Shown here piece by piece: positions 28,125 to 39,485 of a stretch of 60,179 bases of DNA. The stretch lies in the NCBI GenBank assembly GCA_007117035.1, contig SKHG01000018.1, forward strand, positions 1 to 60,179, read 5' to 3'. Position 1 is the first letter of the stretch, and the number at the start of each line of letters is the position of its first letter. A model generated the notes under the pieces. The model saw nothing but the letters and a program-made list of their open reading frames with translations, did not search any database and had not been told where the DNA came from. Origin of the DNA: Candidatus Campbellbacteria bacterium. GTDB taxonomy: Bacteria; Patescibacteriota; Minisyncoccia; Phycocordibacterales; CSBR16-193. The translations under genes and the position numbers were made by a program.

Positions 28125-29450
28125 CTAATAATTTTTTAGCCTTTCTACTTTTTCATGCTGTCTTATCTTTTCGTGAGCCTTGGCTTCTATTTGACGAATT
28201 CTCTCACGTGTTACACCAAACTCACTACCAACTTCTTCTAGAGTATGTGTAATTCCATCCATCAGTCCGTGACGCATTTCGAGAATTCTCCTTTCTTTTG
28301 GTGGTAGATCATCCAAAATATCTTTCACGTGATCTGAGATTATTCTCTGTGATGTTGATTGGTCTGGTGAAAGCATTTTATCGTCAGCAATAAAATTACT
28401 CATAGTGGACTTACCGTCATCACCGTCATCACCAACCGGAGTTTCCAAAGAAACAGTGTTCTGGTCTATTTTTTCAATATGATATATTTTATCAACATCA
28501 ACATCCATCTCAATAGCCACCTCTTCTGGAACTGGGTCACGACCCAAATCCTGAGAAAGTCTACGGACCACCTGTTTATATTTAGCGATTGTCTCAACCA
28601 TATGTACCGGTACTCTAATGGTTCGAGATTGATCAGCTAGAGAACGAGTAATCGCCTGTCTAATCCACCATGTCGCATAAGTTGAAAACTTGTAACCTTT
28701 GGTCCAATCAAATTTATAGACTGCCTTAAACAAACCTATATTACCTTCCTGAATCAAATCAAGAAGAGTCAAGTCTGGACTACGACCAACATATTTTTTA
28801 GCAATTGAAACAACTAAACGTAGGTTTGAACGAGCTAAAATACTTACAGCCTCTTTATCGTCATTTTGTATACGTTTAGCCAACTCTTTTTCTTCCTTTC
28901 CTGTAATAAGTGGATACTGCCCAATCTCACGTAAATACATTTGAATCGAGTCATAAGAAGAAGATTCTCCAGCTGAAATCGCTCTTTGCAGAACATCTTT
29001 TTGTTCCTCAGGAGAGTTCAGAAGACCTCTACTTTCTAAGACATCAATACCGGCTGTAGTTAATTTTTCATAAAGCTCCTCAAGAAGCATAATGTTCTCT
29101 TCAATGGTTGGAAAATATTTTAAAATCTCATCGTATGTTATAAAACCACGACGACGTCCCTTATCAACCAAATCTTCTATCTGAATTTCAATCTCCTGTT
29201 TTTTTTCAGAACGGCTTTTCTTTTTATCAGTGGTTGTTTTTTTATCACTAACCTTTTGAGTAGAAGTTTTTTTAGGAGATGTCTTCTTTTGCACTTTCTT
29301 GTTTGGAGAAGTCTTTTTTACAACGGTTTTCTTTTTGGTTGCAGTTTTCTTTTTAGCCAATTTTTTTGATGGAGTAGGCTTTTTCAACACCAACTTTTTT
29401 TTAGTTGGGCTTTTCTTTTTTGTTGTTTTTTTTCTTTTATTTTTCTCCAT
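28125..29450 (-). CDS. rpoD: Primary sigma factor RpoD with Lys-rich N-terminal tail
   Basis: Region 1.1 ([13 protein letters not shown]), [46 protein letters not shown]. Confidence 0.97.
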   Translation of the reverse strand: MEKNKRKKTTKKKSPTKKKLVLKKPTPSKKLAKKKTATKKKTVVKKTSPNKKVQKKTSPKKTSTQKVSDKKTTTDKKKSRSEKKQEIEIQIEDLVDKGRRRGFITYDEILKYFPTIEENIMLLEELYEKLTTAGIDVLESRGLLNSPEEQKDVLQRAISAGESSSYDSIQMYLREIGQYPLITGKEEKELAKRIQNDDKEAVSILARSNLRLVVSIAKKYVGRSPDLTLLDLIQEGNIGLFKAVYKFDWTKGYKFSTYATWWIRQAITRSLADQSRTIRVPVHMVETIAKYKQVVRRLSQDLGRDPVPEEVAIEMDVDVDKIYHIEKIDQNTVSLETPVGDDGDDGKSTMSNFIADDKMLSPDQSTSQRIISDHVKDILDDLPPKERRILEMRHGLMDGITHTLEEVGSEFGVTRERIRQIEAKAHEKIRQHEKVERLKNY

Positions 29451-31176
29451 TTTCTTTTAATTTATTTTTCTTAGTTTCTATTTTTTTAGAGATTTCCTGA
29501 CAAAGCAATAAAAACCGATCAGCCTCTTCACTCTGACCTAGCTTTTCAGCTTTTTTAAGTTTAACCTGAAAATCTCCAAATTCTTTCTCAAGGGTTATTA
29601 TTGTATAATATATTATTAATTCGTCAATAGCTTTTTTTAGATCAACCTGTGTATAATTCGATCGAGGTATTTCCTCAGCAAAAATTTCTTCTTCCTCCAA
29701 ATACTCCTCTCGGGCTAAAACCTGAGTCTGAAGTTCTGGTTCTGAGGACAAAAGAGACACAATTTCTTCTTCAGAAAGGACAGGTTTTTCTGCAGTTTTT
29801 TGCCAAACCAAGATTGCAGAGATTGTCCGAACAATATCCTTACTAGGTTTTTGGAGAAAGCTTGTATCTTTATTTTTTTCCGATTCTTGTTGTCGATCTA
29901 CTAAATTTTTATTTTTATTTTCTGATTGTTCTAAATCAGATATTACTGAACTTTCATCTAAACTCAACCAGTCTGACAACTTAGTGACAAAAAAGGATCG
30001 ATCCATCTTACTAGGCATAGATAGTAATATTGGAAATACTTCCTCCCGAACTGCAACAAGTTGTTTCATCTTATCTGAACTTCTTCGTACAATAAGATTC
30101 GCCCAAAACTCAACTGGATGCACTGCTCCAGAGAGAGCCTTTCTCCATTCAGACACATCACTTGAAATAACATCAGCTGGATCTTTGCCTTCAGGTAAAA
30201 CAGCGACCTTAACCTCCATACCATTTGAAAGGCTAAGTAATATACTTCGATGGGAAGCTTTGATACCAGCTTCATCTGAATCAAAAACAATAACTGTTTT
30301 TTTAGATAGACGACTAAGTCTTTTAATATGTTCAGGAGTCAAAGATGTTCCTGAAACCGCAACAGTGTTTTTCATACCAGATTGGTGTGAAAGGACTATA
30401 TCAAACTGACCTTCTACTATAATCGAGTACTTTGCTTTTCGAATTGCATCCATACCAAAATTAAGACCATAAAGAATCTCTGATTTATTAAAAATCAAAC
30501 TTTCTGGACTGTTTAGATATTTTGGAGCTTGTATTCCTTCTTTCTCAGGAAACAATCTTCCAGAAAAAGCAACTACTCGACCACCCGTATCAAATATCGG
30601 AAAAACAATTCTGTTTCGAAACGTATCGTATTTACGACCTTCTTTTTCTTTTAGGAGGCCAGCGTTTTTGATATCTTTTTCATCAAAATCTTTTGCGAGT
30701 TTTTCAAGAAGAAATCGCCACTCATCAGGAGCGTATCCGATTCTCCATCTTTTTATAGTTTCATTCTTTAAACCTCTTTTTTTAAGGTAATCAATAGCTG
30801 ATTTATTATCTTTTATTTGTTCCTCAAAAAACAGACAGGCTTTTTCCATAACCTTATAAAGTATCTCGTTTTCTTTTTGTGCTTGTCCAGAATATCCAAC
30901 TATCTCAACTCCAGCTTTTTCAGCTAACAACTTTAAAGCACCCGAGAAATCCAAACCCTCGAACTGTTGAACAAAAGAGAAAACATCACCTTTAGCTCCA
31001 CACCCAAAACAGTAATATGTTCCTCGACTTGGTGAGACAGTAAAAGATGGTGTCTTTTCTTGATGAAAGGGACACCGAGCTTTTAGATAACTACCAGCTT
31101 GTTTTAGTTCTACATAAGAACCAACAACATCTTCGATAGCCAGTCGCTCCTTTACCTTTTCTGCAGGAGAGGTCAT
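29437..31176 (-). CDS. dnaG: DNA primase
   Basis: [11 protein letters not shown]...CFGC Zn finger, [22 protein letters not shown] (VEGQFD, FDSDEAG). Confidence 0.96.
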   Translation of the reverse strand: MTSPAEKVKERLAIEDVVGSYVELKQAGSYLKARCPFHQEKTPSFTVSPSRGTYYCFGCGAKGDVFSFVQQFEGLDFSGALKLLAEKAGVEIVGYSGQAQKENEILYKVMEKACLFFEEQIKDNKSAIDYLKKRGLKNETIKRWRIGYAPDEWRFLLEKLAKDFDEKDIKNAGLLKEKEGRKYDTFRNRIVFPIFDTGGRVVAFSGRLFPEKEGIQAPKYLNSPESLIFNKSEILYGLNFGMDAIRKAKYSIIVEGQFDIVLSHQSGMKNTVAVSGTSLTPEHIKRLSRLSKKTVIVFDSDEAGIKASHRSILLSLSNGMEVKVAVLPEGKDPADVISSDVSEWRKALSGAVHPVEFWANLIVRRSSDKMKQLVAVREEVFPILLSMPSKMDRSFFVTKLSDWLSLDESSVISDLEQSENKNKNLVDRQQESEKNKDTSFLQKPSKDIVRTISAILVWQKTAEKPVLSEEEIVSLLSSEPELQTQVLAREEYLEEEEIFAEEIPRSNYTQVDLKKAIDELIIYYTIITLEKEFGDFQVKLKKAEKLGQSEEADRFLLLCQEISKKIETKKNKLKENGEK

Positions 31177-31216
31177 TATTTTATATTGATGTGATTTTAA
31201 ATTCCAGAATCCAAAA

Positions 31217-34200
31217 TTAGGAGTCTAGTTTCTGCTTCATATCTTCGATCATCTTGGCTTTTTTGGTTCCAGCCATTCCAGTTCCAGCCGGAATCAACCG
31301 ACCGATAATAACGTTTTCTTTTAGACCAACCAACATATCCTCTTTACCTTTAACAGCTGCGTCAATCAAGATACGAGTTGTGTTTTGGAAGGAAGCAGCT
31401 GACAAGAAACTTTTTCTAGTTAACGAAGCTTCGGTAATACCCATCACAACCATATCAGCTTTAGCTTGCTCTCCACCCTTTTCTTTAACAATTCTGTTTT
31501 GCTGATCAATCTCATTTGCTTCAAGAACATCGTTTCGTGAAAATTCTGTGTCACCAGCAGACTTAATACGACGTCGAGAAAACATCTGTCTTACGACCAC
31601 TTCCACGTGTTTTTTAGAAATAGGTTCTCCTTGAAGTTCATACAACCTACTTATTTCATTAATAATATACTTCTGGGTTACATCTTTTCCTGCGTACTTG
31701 AATAGTTCATCAATATCAGAAGAACCGTCAGACATCACATGTCCTTTTTCTATCTTGTCGCCAACCTTTACTATAATCATACGCAAAGGACTGACAACGT
31801 GCTCAACTTCATTATTACCTTTCTTAGAAGAACTTTTGAGAGGTGTATCAGACAAAACAGTAATAACTTTCTCTTTACCGTTATCTGAAATATCAGTCAC
31901 AGTACCTGTTACTTTACTGATAGCAGATGGATTTTTTGGTTTTCTTTTCTCAAAAACTTCTTCCACTCTGGGTAGACCTTGAGTAATGTCACCACCAACT
32001 GAAGCAGCACCACCAGCATGGAAGGTTCTCATAGTTAACTGAGTGCCTGGCTCACCGATAGCCTGTGCTGCGACTGTTCCAACAGTCTCACCCATCTCCA
32101 CAACCTTGTTATTACCTAGATCAACACCGTAACATTTTACACATACACCACCTTCTGTTTTACAGGTCAGAGGTGATCTAACTGCAACGCTTTCAATTCC
32201 ACTTTTTTCGATTACTAGCGCATCTTCATTTGTTAGGAAGTGTCCTTTCTTAAACAGGGTATTACCCGAGGCATCAGCAACATCTTCAGACAAAACTCGA
32301 CCTTTAATGTGTTTAACAATTGAGGTCTCTATACCTGAAGCAGTTTCTTTTTTAACAACCAAACCTTCTTTGGTCTTACAATCATCTTCAATCACTACAA
32401 TATCTTGAACTGCATCAAACAATCTTCTGGTTAGATAACCAGCTTGAGCAGTCTTTAGCGCTGTGTCGGTCTGACCTTTTCTAACACCATGAGTTGTGAT
32501 GAAATATTCAATAGGACTCAAACCTTCCTTACTACAGGAAAGTACTGGGTACTCCATAATATCTCCTGCACTTTTCTGAATTAATCCTTTCATTCCAGCC
32601 ATCTGAGTTATCTGACTTAGTGAACCTCTAGCTCCAGATTTCCACATATTGTATGCAGAGTCGTTTTCGCTAAATGTAGCTGGAATCAATGATTCAATTT
32701 CATCCTTGGCTTTGTGCCAGATTTCAGTATTTTTTCGAATTCTTTCAACTTCTGAAAGTAGACCTTCATCAAACTGGTCCATAACCTTATTAGACATTTT
32801 CTTAGAATCCTCAATAACAGCATTCTTTCCTTCCGGAACCGTAACATCATCAATTCCCCAAGTTATTCCTGAGTGTGTTGCGTACTTAAAACCAAAAGAT
32901 TTTATTTTATCAATGATAGGAGCAATGTTCTCAATTCCGTATTGTTCGATAAGGTTATCAACAATTACAGCCATCCTTTTTCGATCTACTTCCTCATTAA
33001 CATATGGAAAGTCATCTGGTAAAACACTGTTGAAGAACAATCTACCAACTGTGGTTTCTAACAAACCATCAAAATCTTTAAATTTCCTTTTATCGCCTGG
33101 TAAAACTTTTATGTTAGCTCTAAAACTAACCTCGTTAAAGTTATATATATTCATTGCCTCTTCAGGACTAGAAAACATCATTCCTTCACCTTTCTCACCA
33201 GGAATCATTTTTGTCATCCAATAACAACCCAAAACAATGTCCAACATCTTAGAACTAACAATCGGATCACCACTTCCTGGTTTTAATATATTCTTCTCAG
33301 AAGCCATTATTTCCCTAGCCTCAATCTGAGCCTCTTCAGACAAAGGTACGTGTACCGCCATCATGTCACCATCGAAGTCAGCGTTAAAAGCAGCACAAAC
33401 CAAAGGGTGGACCTGAATCGCACTACCTTCGATCAATACTGGGTGGAAGGCCTGAATACCCAAACGATGCAAGGTTGGAGCTCGGTTTAGAAGTACAGAC
33501 TTATCTTTAATAACATTTTCCAAAATCTCCCAAACCTCAGGAACACCATCTTCAATCAAACGACTTGCTCCTCTAATATTAAAGGCTAACTCTCTTTCCA
33601 AGAGTTTAGAAATAATGAAAGGTCTAAATAGTTCCAGAGCCATAAGCTTTGGTAGACCACACTGATGCAAAGAAAGTTCTGGACCAATCACAATTACCGA
33701 ACGTCCTGAGTAGTCAACTCGCTTTCCCAAAAGATTACCTCGTAAGATACCTCTCTTACCTTTTAGGTTATCAGCTAGGGATTTTAATGGTCTTCTTTGA
33801 GCTTGACTCATAGAAGGTGCAGAACCATGACGCATTGTATTATCAATCAGGGAGTCCACAGCTTCCTGTAGGATTCTTTTTTCATTTCTCAAAATAACCT
33901 CAGGGGCGCCAATATCTTTCAATCTTTTCAGACGATTGTTTCGATTAATAACTCGACGATAAAGATCGTTAACATCTGAAGTAGCATATCGTCCACCATC
34001 TAAAGGAACCATAGGGCGTAAAGCCGGAGGAATAATTGGAATCTTGGTTAGAAACATCCATTCTGGACGGAGACCAGCTCTTATTAATGACTGTACCAAA
34101 GAAATTCTTTTAGTAATTTTGTCTTTTTCAACAGATCCAGCTTTTTCAAAATTTTCTAGTAGTTGTTTTTCAAGTTTTTTTAGATCAATCTTTCTTAAAA

Positions 34201-34873
34201 TATTATGAACAGCCTCAGCACCAACTTCAGCTTCAAACACTGATCCGTATCTAATAGAAAAATTGTGATAAGCAACCTCATCTAAAACTTTACCCTGGAC
34301 TATGCCATCAATCTCCTTCTTTGTTTGAGTTAGGCGTTCTTTAAATTCATCTAATTCTTTTTTCTTTTGACCTTTAACTTTACTCTTGTATTCAGCTTCC
34401 AAATCCTTCAAAAGTCTACTTTTTTCTGACTCATCAACTTCAGTAATTATGTATCCAGAGAAATATACAACTCTCTCTACTTCAGATGCTGGAAGACCTA
34501 ACATTAAACTTATTCTAGATGGTACACCACGCAAAAACCAGATATGAGAAACTGGACTAGCTAAATCAATATGACCCATTCTCTCTCGACGTACTATTGC
34601 TCTAGTAATCTCAACTCCACATTTTTCACAAACAATACCTTTGTAGCGTACACCTCTGTATTTTCCACAATAACACTCGTAATCCTTTTCTGGACCAAAA
34701 ATCTTTTCATCAAAAAGACCACTCTTTTCACTTCTCTGAGTTCGGTAGTTTATTGTCTCAGGTTTTGTAACTTCACCGTAAGACCAATCCTCGATATCTT
34801 CTGGAGAAGCGAGTCGTAGACTCAATGATTTAAAATCTCTACTATTTATGTTTTTATTTGATGCTCCGTTCAT
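31217..34873 (-). CDS. rpoC: RNA polymerase beta' subunit
   Basis: Zn finger CYCGKY...CEKC, NADFDGD catalytic motif, GEPGTQLTMRTFH. Confidence 0.98.
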   Translation of the reverse strand: MNGASNKNINSRDFKSLSLRLASPEDIEDWSYGEVTKPETINYRTQRSEKSGLFDEKIFGPEKDYECYCGKYRGVRYKGIVCEKCGVEITRAIVRRERMGHIDLASPVSHIWFLRGVPSRISLMLGLPASEVERVVYFSGYIITEVDESEKSRLLKDLEAEYKSKVKGQKKKELDEFKERLTQTKKEIDGIVQGKVLDEVAYHNFSIRYGSVFEAEVGAEAVHNILRKIDLKKLEKQLLENFEKAGSVEKDKITKRISLVQSLIRAGLRPEWMFLTKIPIIPPALRPMVPLDGGRYATSDVNDLYRRVINRNNRLKRLKDIGAPEVILRNEKRILQEAVDSLIDNTMRHGSAPSMSQAQRRPLKSLADNLKGKRGILRGNLLGKRVDYSGRSVIVIGPELSLHQCGLPKLMALELFRPFIISKLLERELAFNIRGASRLIEDGVPEVWEILENVIKDKSVLLNRAPTLHRLGIQAFHPVLIEGSAIQVHPLVCAAFNADFDGDMMAVHVPLSEEAQIEAREIMASEKNILKPGSGDPIVSSKMLDIVLGCYWMTKMIPGEKGEGMMFSSPEEAMNIYNFNEVSFRANIKVLPGDKRKFKDFDGLLETTVGRLFFNSVLPDDFPYVNEEVDRKRMAVIVDNLIEQYGIENIAPIIDKIKSFGFKYATHSGITWGIDDVTVPEGKNAVIEDSKKMSNKVMDQFDEGLLSEVERIRKNTEIWHKAKDEIESLIPATFSENDSAYNMWKSGARGSLSQITQMAGMKGLIQKSAGDIMEYPVLSCSKEGLSPIEYFITTHGVRKGQTDTALKTAQAGYLTRRLFDAVQDIVVIEDDCKTKEGLVVKKETASGIETSIVKHIKGRVLSEDVADASGNTLFKKGHFLTNEDALVIEKSGIESVAVRSPLTCKTEGGVCVKCYGVDLGNNKVVEMGETVGTVAAQAIGEPGTQLTMRTFHAGGAASVGGDITQGLPRVEEVFEKRKPKNPSAISKVTGTVTDISDNGKEKVITVLSDTPLKSSSKKGNNEVEHVVSPLRMIIVKVGDKIEKGHVMSDGSSDIDELFKYAGKDVTQKYIINEISRLYELQGEPISKKHVEVVVRQMFSRRRIKSAGDTEFSRNDVLEANEIDQQNRIVKEKGGEQAKADMVVMGITEASLTRKSFLSAASFQNTTRILIDAAVKGKEDMLVGLKENVIIGRLIPAGTGMAGTKKAKMIEDMKQKLDS

Positions 34874-34899
34874 TTTGAAAAATAATTATTTTGATAATT

Positions 34900-37800
34900 C
34901 TATTTTTTTAATTCAACATTCAAAGCCAAACCTCGAAGATTGTGAAGTAAAACATTGAATGAAGCCGGTGTATTAAGTTGAACTATTCTTTCACCCTTAA
35001 CGATCGCATCAAACGCAGCGGAACGTCCTGTTATATCATCTGATTTAATTGTTAACATCTCTCGAAGGTTGTAAGCGGCACCGTAACCCAACAATGCCCA
35101 GACTTCCATTTCTCCAAGTCTCTGTCCTCCGTTCTGAGCTTTTCCACCTAAAGGTTGTTGAGTGATTAGAGAGTAAGGACCAATAGATCGCATATGAATC
35201 TTGTCTTCAACCATATGGTGAAGTTTCAGGATATACATATAACCTACTGCAACAGGCTGATCAAAAGCCTCTCCGTCACGACCGTCAAAAAGCTTAACCT
35301 TTCCACTTCTATCAAAACCAGCTTTTTCTAGCTCATCCTTAACTTCCTTGTCGGTAGCACTTCCAAAAGCTGGAACAATGGCTTGGTAGTTTAATGTACT
35401 TGCTGCCAAACCAAGATGCATTTCCATAATTTGACCAAGGTTCATTCGGCTCGGAACACCTAAAGGAGTTAGAATTATATCAATCGGCGTTCCGTCTGCC
35501 ATATATGGCATATCTTCTTCAGGTAATACTCTAGATATAACTCCTTTGTTTCCATGACGACCAGCTAATTTGTCACCAACTGTTGCGTTTCTAATCTGAG
35601 CAACTTCAATATGAATTCTTTTTATTATACCCGACTCAAGTTTGTCTCCATTTTCTCTAGAGAAAACCTTTACTCTTATAACTCTTCCACGCTTACCACC
35701 CTCAAGTCTTTTAGAGGTGTCTTTTACGTCTCGAGCTTTTTCACCAAACAGAGAACGCAAAAGTCTCTCTTCTGGAGTTAACTGAGTCTCACCTTTTGGA
35801 GTAATTTTTCCAACTAAAATATCACCTGATTCAACCTCAGCACCAACTCTAACAATTCCATCTTCATCTAGATTTTTTAGTCTTCCCTCACCAACATTTG
35901 GAATATCGCAAGTAGTTACCTCTGGACCAAGTTTGGTATCACGCATATAAACAACAAACTCGTCCATATGAATTGTACTGAACTTACTTTCCTTTATTAA
36001 ACGTTCAGAGATAATGATCGCATCTTCATAGTTAGAACCAGACCAAGACATAAAAGCGATTAGAATGTTCTGACCTAAAGCCATCTGACCATTATCACTT
36101 GAAGAGATATCTGCCAACAGCTGCCCTTTTTTAACTTTTTGACCTTTTACCACACTTGGTCTTTGGTGGAAACAAGTAAAACTGTTAGTTTTTGAAAAAC
36201 TTATCAAACGATACTCTTTATCTTTATTATCACTTCCACGAACGACAATTTTTTTAGCATCAACTTTTACAACCTCACCTGCCTCTTCAGCTATGACAAT
36301 TCTACCTGTATCTAAAACAGCTCGCTCTTCCATACCTGTTGCTACCAACGGCGCCTCCGGCAAAATACAAGGAGTAGCCTGCTTTTGCATGTTTGAACCC
36401 ATCAAGGCTCGGTTCGCATCGTTATGATTCAAAAAAGGTATCATTGAGGTTGCAACCGAAAAAGCCTGCATGGTTGCGACATCTATAAAATCAACTTCTG
36501 AAGGATCAACTATTTCATGCGAACCTCTGGTTCTGGTCTCAACTTCATTAGTTGTTATTTTCCCATTAGAGTCGTAACTTGTTGCAGCATGTGCAATCCT
36601 ATATTTTTCTTCTTCCAAAGCATTCATATACTGAATCTCTCCAGTAATTTTTCCGTTTTTGACTTTAGCGTACGGAGTTTCAAGCATTCCAAAATCATTA
36701 ACCTTTGAATAAAGACTCAGACGAAGTATCAATCCAATATTTGGACCTTCAGGAGTCTGGATTGGACACAATCTTCCATAATGAGAAGGGTGAACATCTC
36801 GAACCTCAAAACCAGCTCGTGACCTATTTAGTCCACCAGGACCTAGTGCAGAAAGAGTTCTTAAATGCTCTAACTCTCGCAAGGAGTTCTCTTGTTCCAT
36901 AAACTGTGAAAGCTGACTTGTGGTGAAAAACTCCTTAATTCTAGCCTGAAGTGGTTTAGGACTTATGAAGTTAATTGGAAGAGTTGTGTCGCTTTCAATA
37001 GTGGACATTCGATTTTGAATGTTTCTTTTTATTTGAGCCATTCCAACTCTAAGTTTTTGTTGGAAGGTTTCGTTGAAATATCTAACTCTTCGAGATCCAA
37101 GATGGTCAATATCGTCTCCCTTAGCTTTCGGATCTGCATTTAATCTAGCAATCTCTGATACTATTCTTAATATATCTTCTCTAGAAAGAGATCTTTCTTC
37201 TAAAGCTTTTGCATCAGTACTTTTATCAAACTTTTGGTTAAACAAAAATCTTCCAACTCTTGAAAGGTCGTATCTTTCTTTTGAAAATATAGAGTCTATA
37301 AATTCTCGAGCGTTTTCCGAAGTAGCCAAGTCACCGTCTCTAAGTCTTCTGTATATCTCAATATATGCTTGATCAACAGTTTTAGCTGGATCCTTTTCTA
37401 GAGTTTTTTGAATATGGTCTAAGGTGTTTTCATCTTTAGCAAAAGCTTTTAGAATCTTTTCATTAGTATCAACTCCTAAAACCCTCAACAATGAAGTAAC
37501 AGGGAATTTTCTCTTTCGGTCTATTCGAACATACAAAACACCGTCTGCTTCAGTATCTATCTCAACCCAGACACCTCGAGACGGGATTATTTTTGCGCTA
37601 AAACATTTTTTACCTTTAATAATGTTAGATATAAAAAATACCCCAAAAGAACGAGCAATTTGAGGGACTATTATTCTTTCAATTCCACCAATAACAAATG
37701 AACCGTTTTGGGTCATAATTGGCACATCAGCCATAAATATCTCTTGTTCTTTTTCGGTTCCTTGAACTTTGTTAATTAATTTAACCTTAACTTTAAGTGG

Positions 37801-38079
37801 TGCTTCGTAGGAAAGTTTGCTGTATTTAGCCTCCCATTGATCAAGTTGAGGTGATCCCAACTCAAAACCCAAAAACTCCAACTGGAATTTTTTACCAGAA
37901 AAATCAGTTATAGGTGAAAACTCTTTCAAAACCTCCTTTATACCTTCTTTTATAAAGATATCAAAAGATTTTTTCTGTTCTTCAATTAGGTTAGGAAAAG
38001 GAGTTAGGTTTTCTTTATATGCTGCAAAAGTCTTCTTGTTTAGTGTCCCGACAGTTGGTTTAGAGTATGATTTATCCAT
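34900..38079 (-). CDS. rpoB: RNA polymerase beta subunit
   Basis: HYGRLCPIQTPEGPNIG, GSNMQKQA, GDKLAGRHGNKG, GGQRLGEMEVWAL; start refined to MDKSY. Confidence 0.98.
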   Translation of the reverse strand: MDKSYSKPTVGTLNKKTFAAYKENLTPFPNLIEEQKKSFDIFIKEGIKEVLKEFSPITDFSGKKFQLEFLGFELGSPQLDQWEAKYSKLSYEAPLKVKVKLINKVQGTEKEQEIFMADVPIMTQNGSFVIGGIERIIVPQIARSFGVFFISNIIKGKKCFSAKIIPSRGVWVEIDTEADGVLYVRIDRKRKFPVTSLLRVLGVDTNEKILKAFAKDENTLDHIQKTLEKDPAKTVDQAYIEIYRRLRDGDLATSENAREFIDSIFSKERYDLSRVGRFLFNQKFDKSTDAKALEERSLSREDILRIVSEIARLNADPKAKGDDIDHLGSRRVRYFNETFQQKLRVGMAQIKRNIQNRMSTIESDTTLPINFISPKPLQARIKEFFTTSQLSQFMEQENSLRELEHLRTLSALGPGGLNRSRAGFEVRDVHPSHYGRLCPIQTPEGPNIGLILRLSLYSKVNDFGMLETPYAKVKNGKITGEIQYMNALEEEKYRIAHAATSYDSNGKITTNEVETRTRGSHEIVDPSEVDFIDVATMQAFSVATSMIPFLNHNDANRALMGSNMQKQATPCILPEAPLVATGMEERAVLDTGRIVIAEEAGEVVKVDAKKIVVRGSDNKDKEYRLISFSKTNSFTCFHQRPSVVKGQKVKKGQLLADISSSDNGQMALGQNILIAFMSWSGSNYEDAIIISERLIKESKFSTIHMDEFVVYMRDTKLGPEVTTCDIPNVGEGRLKNLDEDGIVRVGAEVESGDILVGKITPKGETQLTPEERLLRSLFGEKARDVKDTSKRLEGGKRGRVIRVKVFSRENGDKLESGIIKRIHIEVAQIRNATVGDKLAGRHGNKGVISRVLPEEDMPYMADGTPIDIILTPLGVPSRMNLGQIMEMHLGLAASTLNYQAIVPAFGSATDKEVKDELEKAGFDRSGKVKLFDGRDGEAFDQPVAVGYMYILKLHHMVEDKIHMRSIGPYSLITQQPLGGKAQNGGQRLGEMEVWALLGYGAAYNLREMLTIKSDDITGRSAAFDAIVKGERIVQLNTPASFNVLLHNLRGLALNVELKK

Positions 38080-38244
38080 AAATAAATTAATTAACAACAG
38101 AAATTGCACTGGCGCAAAATATTCTGCGTTATTTAGGTATCTTATTAATTTCTATTAAAATAGACGATGACACTTTCTATTAAATGTATCGAAAAAAATC
38201 CTCGTTTCAATCACAACTCAATCGGACAAACAACTTAGTGCTTG

Positions 38245-38289
38245 AGTATACAGACTACTTCTTTTTTGTCAACCGTAATTTTATCCACA
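38245..38289 (-). promoter_or_regulatory. rpoB promoter with adjacent consensus DnaA box
   Basis: TTGACA-16-TATACT (38272-38245, minus strand); TTATCCACA at 38281-38289. Confidence 0.6.
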
Positions 38290-38315
38290 GGTATAAAAAA
38301 GTGATCAAAAATAGG

Positions 38316-38954
38316 CTAATTACCTTCTCGCCAACGGTCAATATCCTTATGATTACCACTTCTAAGCACTTTTGGTACCTTGTAGACTTTACCTTTATAG
38401 CGAATCTCAGCCGGACGAGTAAAGACAGATCGGCTTGATACCCTTCTTTCTTCAATCGAAACATCGCTACCTAGAACCCCTGGCAGTCGTCTGGTAACAG
38501 AATCCAGAATAACCATTGCTGGTAATTCCCCACCAGTTACTACATAAGGACCGACGGAAAGACTCTTACCAGGAAAAACTTTACGGACTCTCTCATCTAT
38601 TCCCTCATATCTACCACAAACCAAAACGATGTGTCGGCTTTTTACTGAAAGATTATCAGCTTTTTTGTTATCAAACTGTTCTCCACCAGGAGAAAGATAT
38701 ATTATTTGAACATCTTTTTTTTGACCTTTAGCTTTAGCAATAGCTCTAATAACAGGCTCCGCTTGCAGAACCATTCCAGGGCCACCACCATAAGGCTTGG
38801 CATCAACTCGAGCAAATCTGTCTTTAGTAAAATCTCTAGGATTGTAAAAACAAACTTTGATAAGTTTACGGCTCTGAGCTCGAGCAATTATTGAACTTTC
38901 TATATAAGAGGTCAGAGACTCCGGAAAAAGTGTAACAATATGAAAAGTTAACAT
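38316..38954 (-). CDS. trmD: tRNA (guanine-N1)-methyltransferase
   Basis: VTLFP, DAKPYGGGPGMVL, CGRYEGIDERV, GPYVVTGGELPA, SGNHKDI. Confidence 0.96.
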   Translation of the reverse strand: MLTFHIVTLFPESLTSYIESSIIARAQSRKLIKVCFYNPRDFTKDRFARVDAKPYGGGPGMVLQAEPVIRAIAKAKGQKKDVQIIYLSPGGEQFDNKKADNLSVKSRHIVLVCGRYEGIDERVRKVFPGKSLSVGPYVVTGGELPAMVILDSVTRRLPGVLGSDVSIEERRVSSRSVFTRPAEIRYKGKVYKVPKVLRSGNHKDIDRWREGN

Positions 38955-39022
38955 AACAGCACTTTACACCACAACAAAACCCCGTACAAGTCGGGGCTTT
39001 GTTTCAAATATTTTATTTTTAT

Positions 39023-39328
39023 CTAAAGGTTGTCTATAGCGTCTCCTGTAACTTTAACCTCAGGATTTTCAAACCTCTTTCCACCTTCTGGTTCATTTAT
39101 CTTTAAGTTAACTCGGGCATTATTTTTCATACCAACAACTCTCAAAAGAGTTCTGATTGCTTTGGCGGTATTTCCACTCCTACCAATGATCTTACCCATA
39201 TCTGCAGAGTTGACGTCGAGAGAAATAAGAACACCCATCTCATCAACTTTTCTTTCAACTTTAACATCGTCAGGATAATCAACTAGCGCTTTTACTACAT
39301 ACCCTAGAAACTCTTGATCTTTTTCCAT
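39023..39328 (-). CDS. khpA: KH-domain RNA-binding protein (KhpA/YlqC)
   Basis: LVDYPDDVKV, DMGKIIGRSGNTAKAIRTLL. Confidence 0.92.
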   Translation of the reverse strand: MEKDQEFLGYVVKALVDYPDDVKVERKVDEMGVLISLDVNSADMGKIIGRSGNTAKAIRTLLRVVGMKNNARVNLKINEPEGGKRFENPEVKVTGDAIDNL

Positions 39329-39485
39329 ATTATACAGATTTTTAATCTTTTAATTCTCACTAAACTATACCGACCTATCTGAAAAACGGTTTGTCCGTAT
39401 TCATTCCTAAATTGTAATAGAGGCTTAAACACAAGTCAACAAAATGTGAACAAGTAAAAATAGGAAAACCTCACTCAAATCTACT

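Noticed and set aside
38281-38289. DnaA box as evidence for oriC
   Set aside because: Only one perfect box, no cluster, and no dnaA/dnaN nearby; kept only as a possible promoter site
38184-38464. Short ORFs between rpoB and trmD
   Set aside because: Overlap the rpoB promoter and the trmD 3' end; no coding signature
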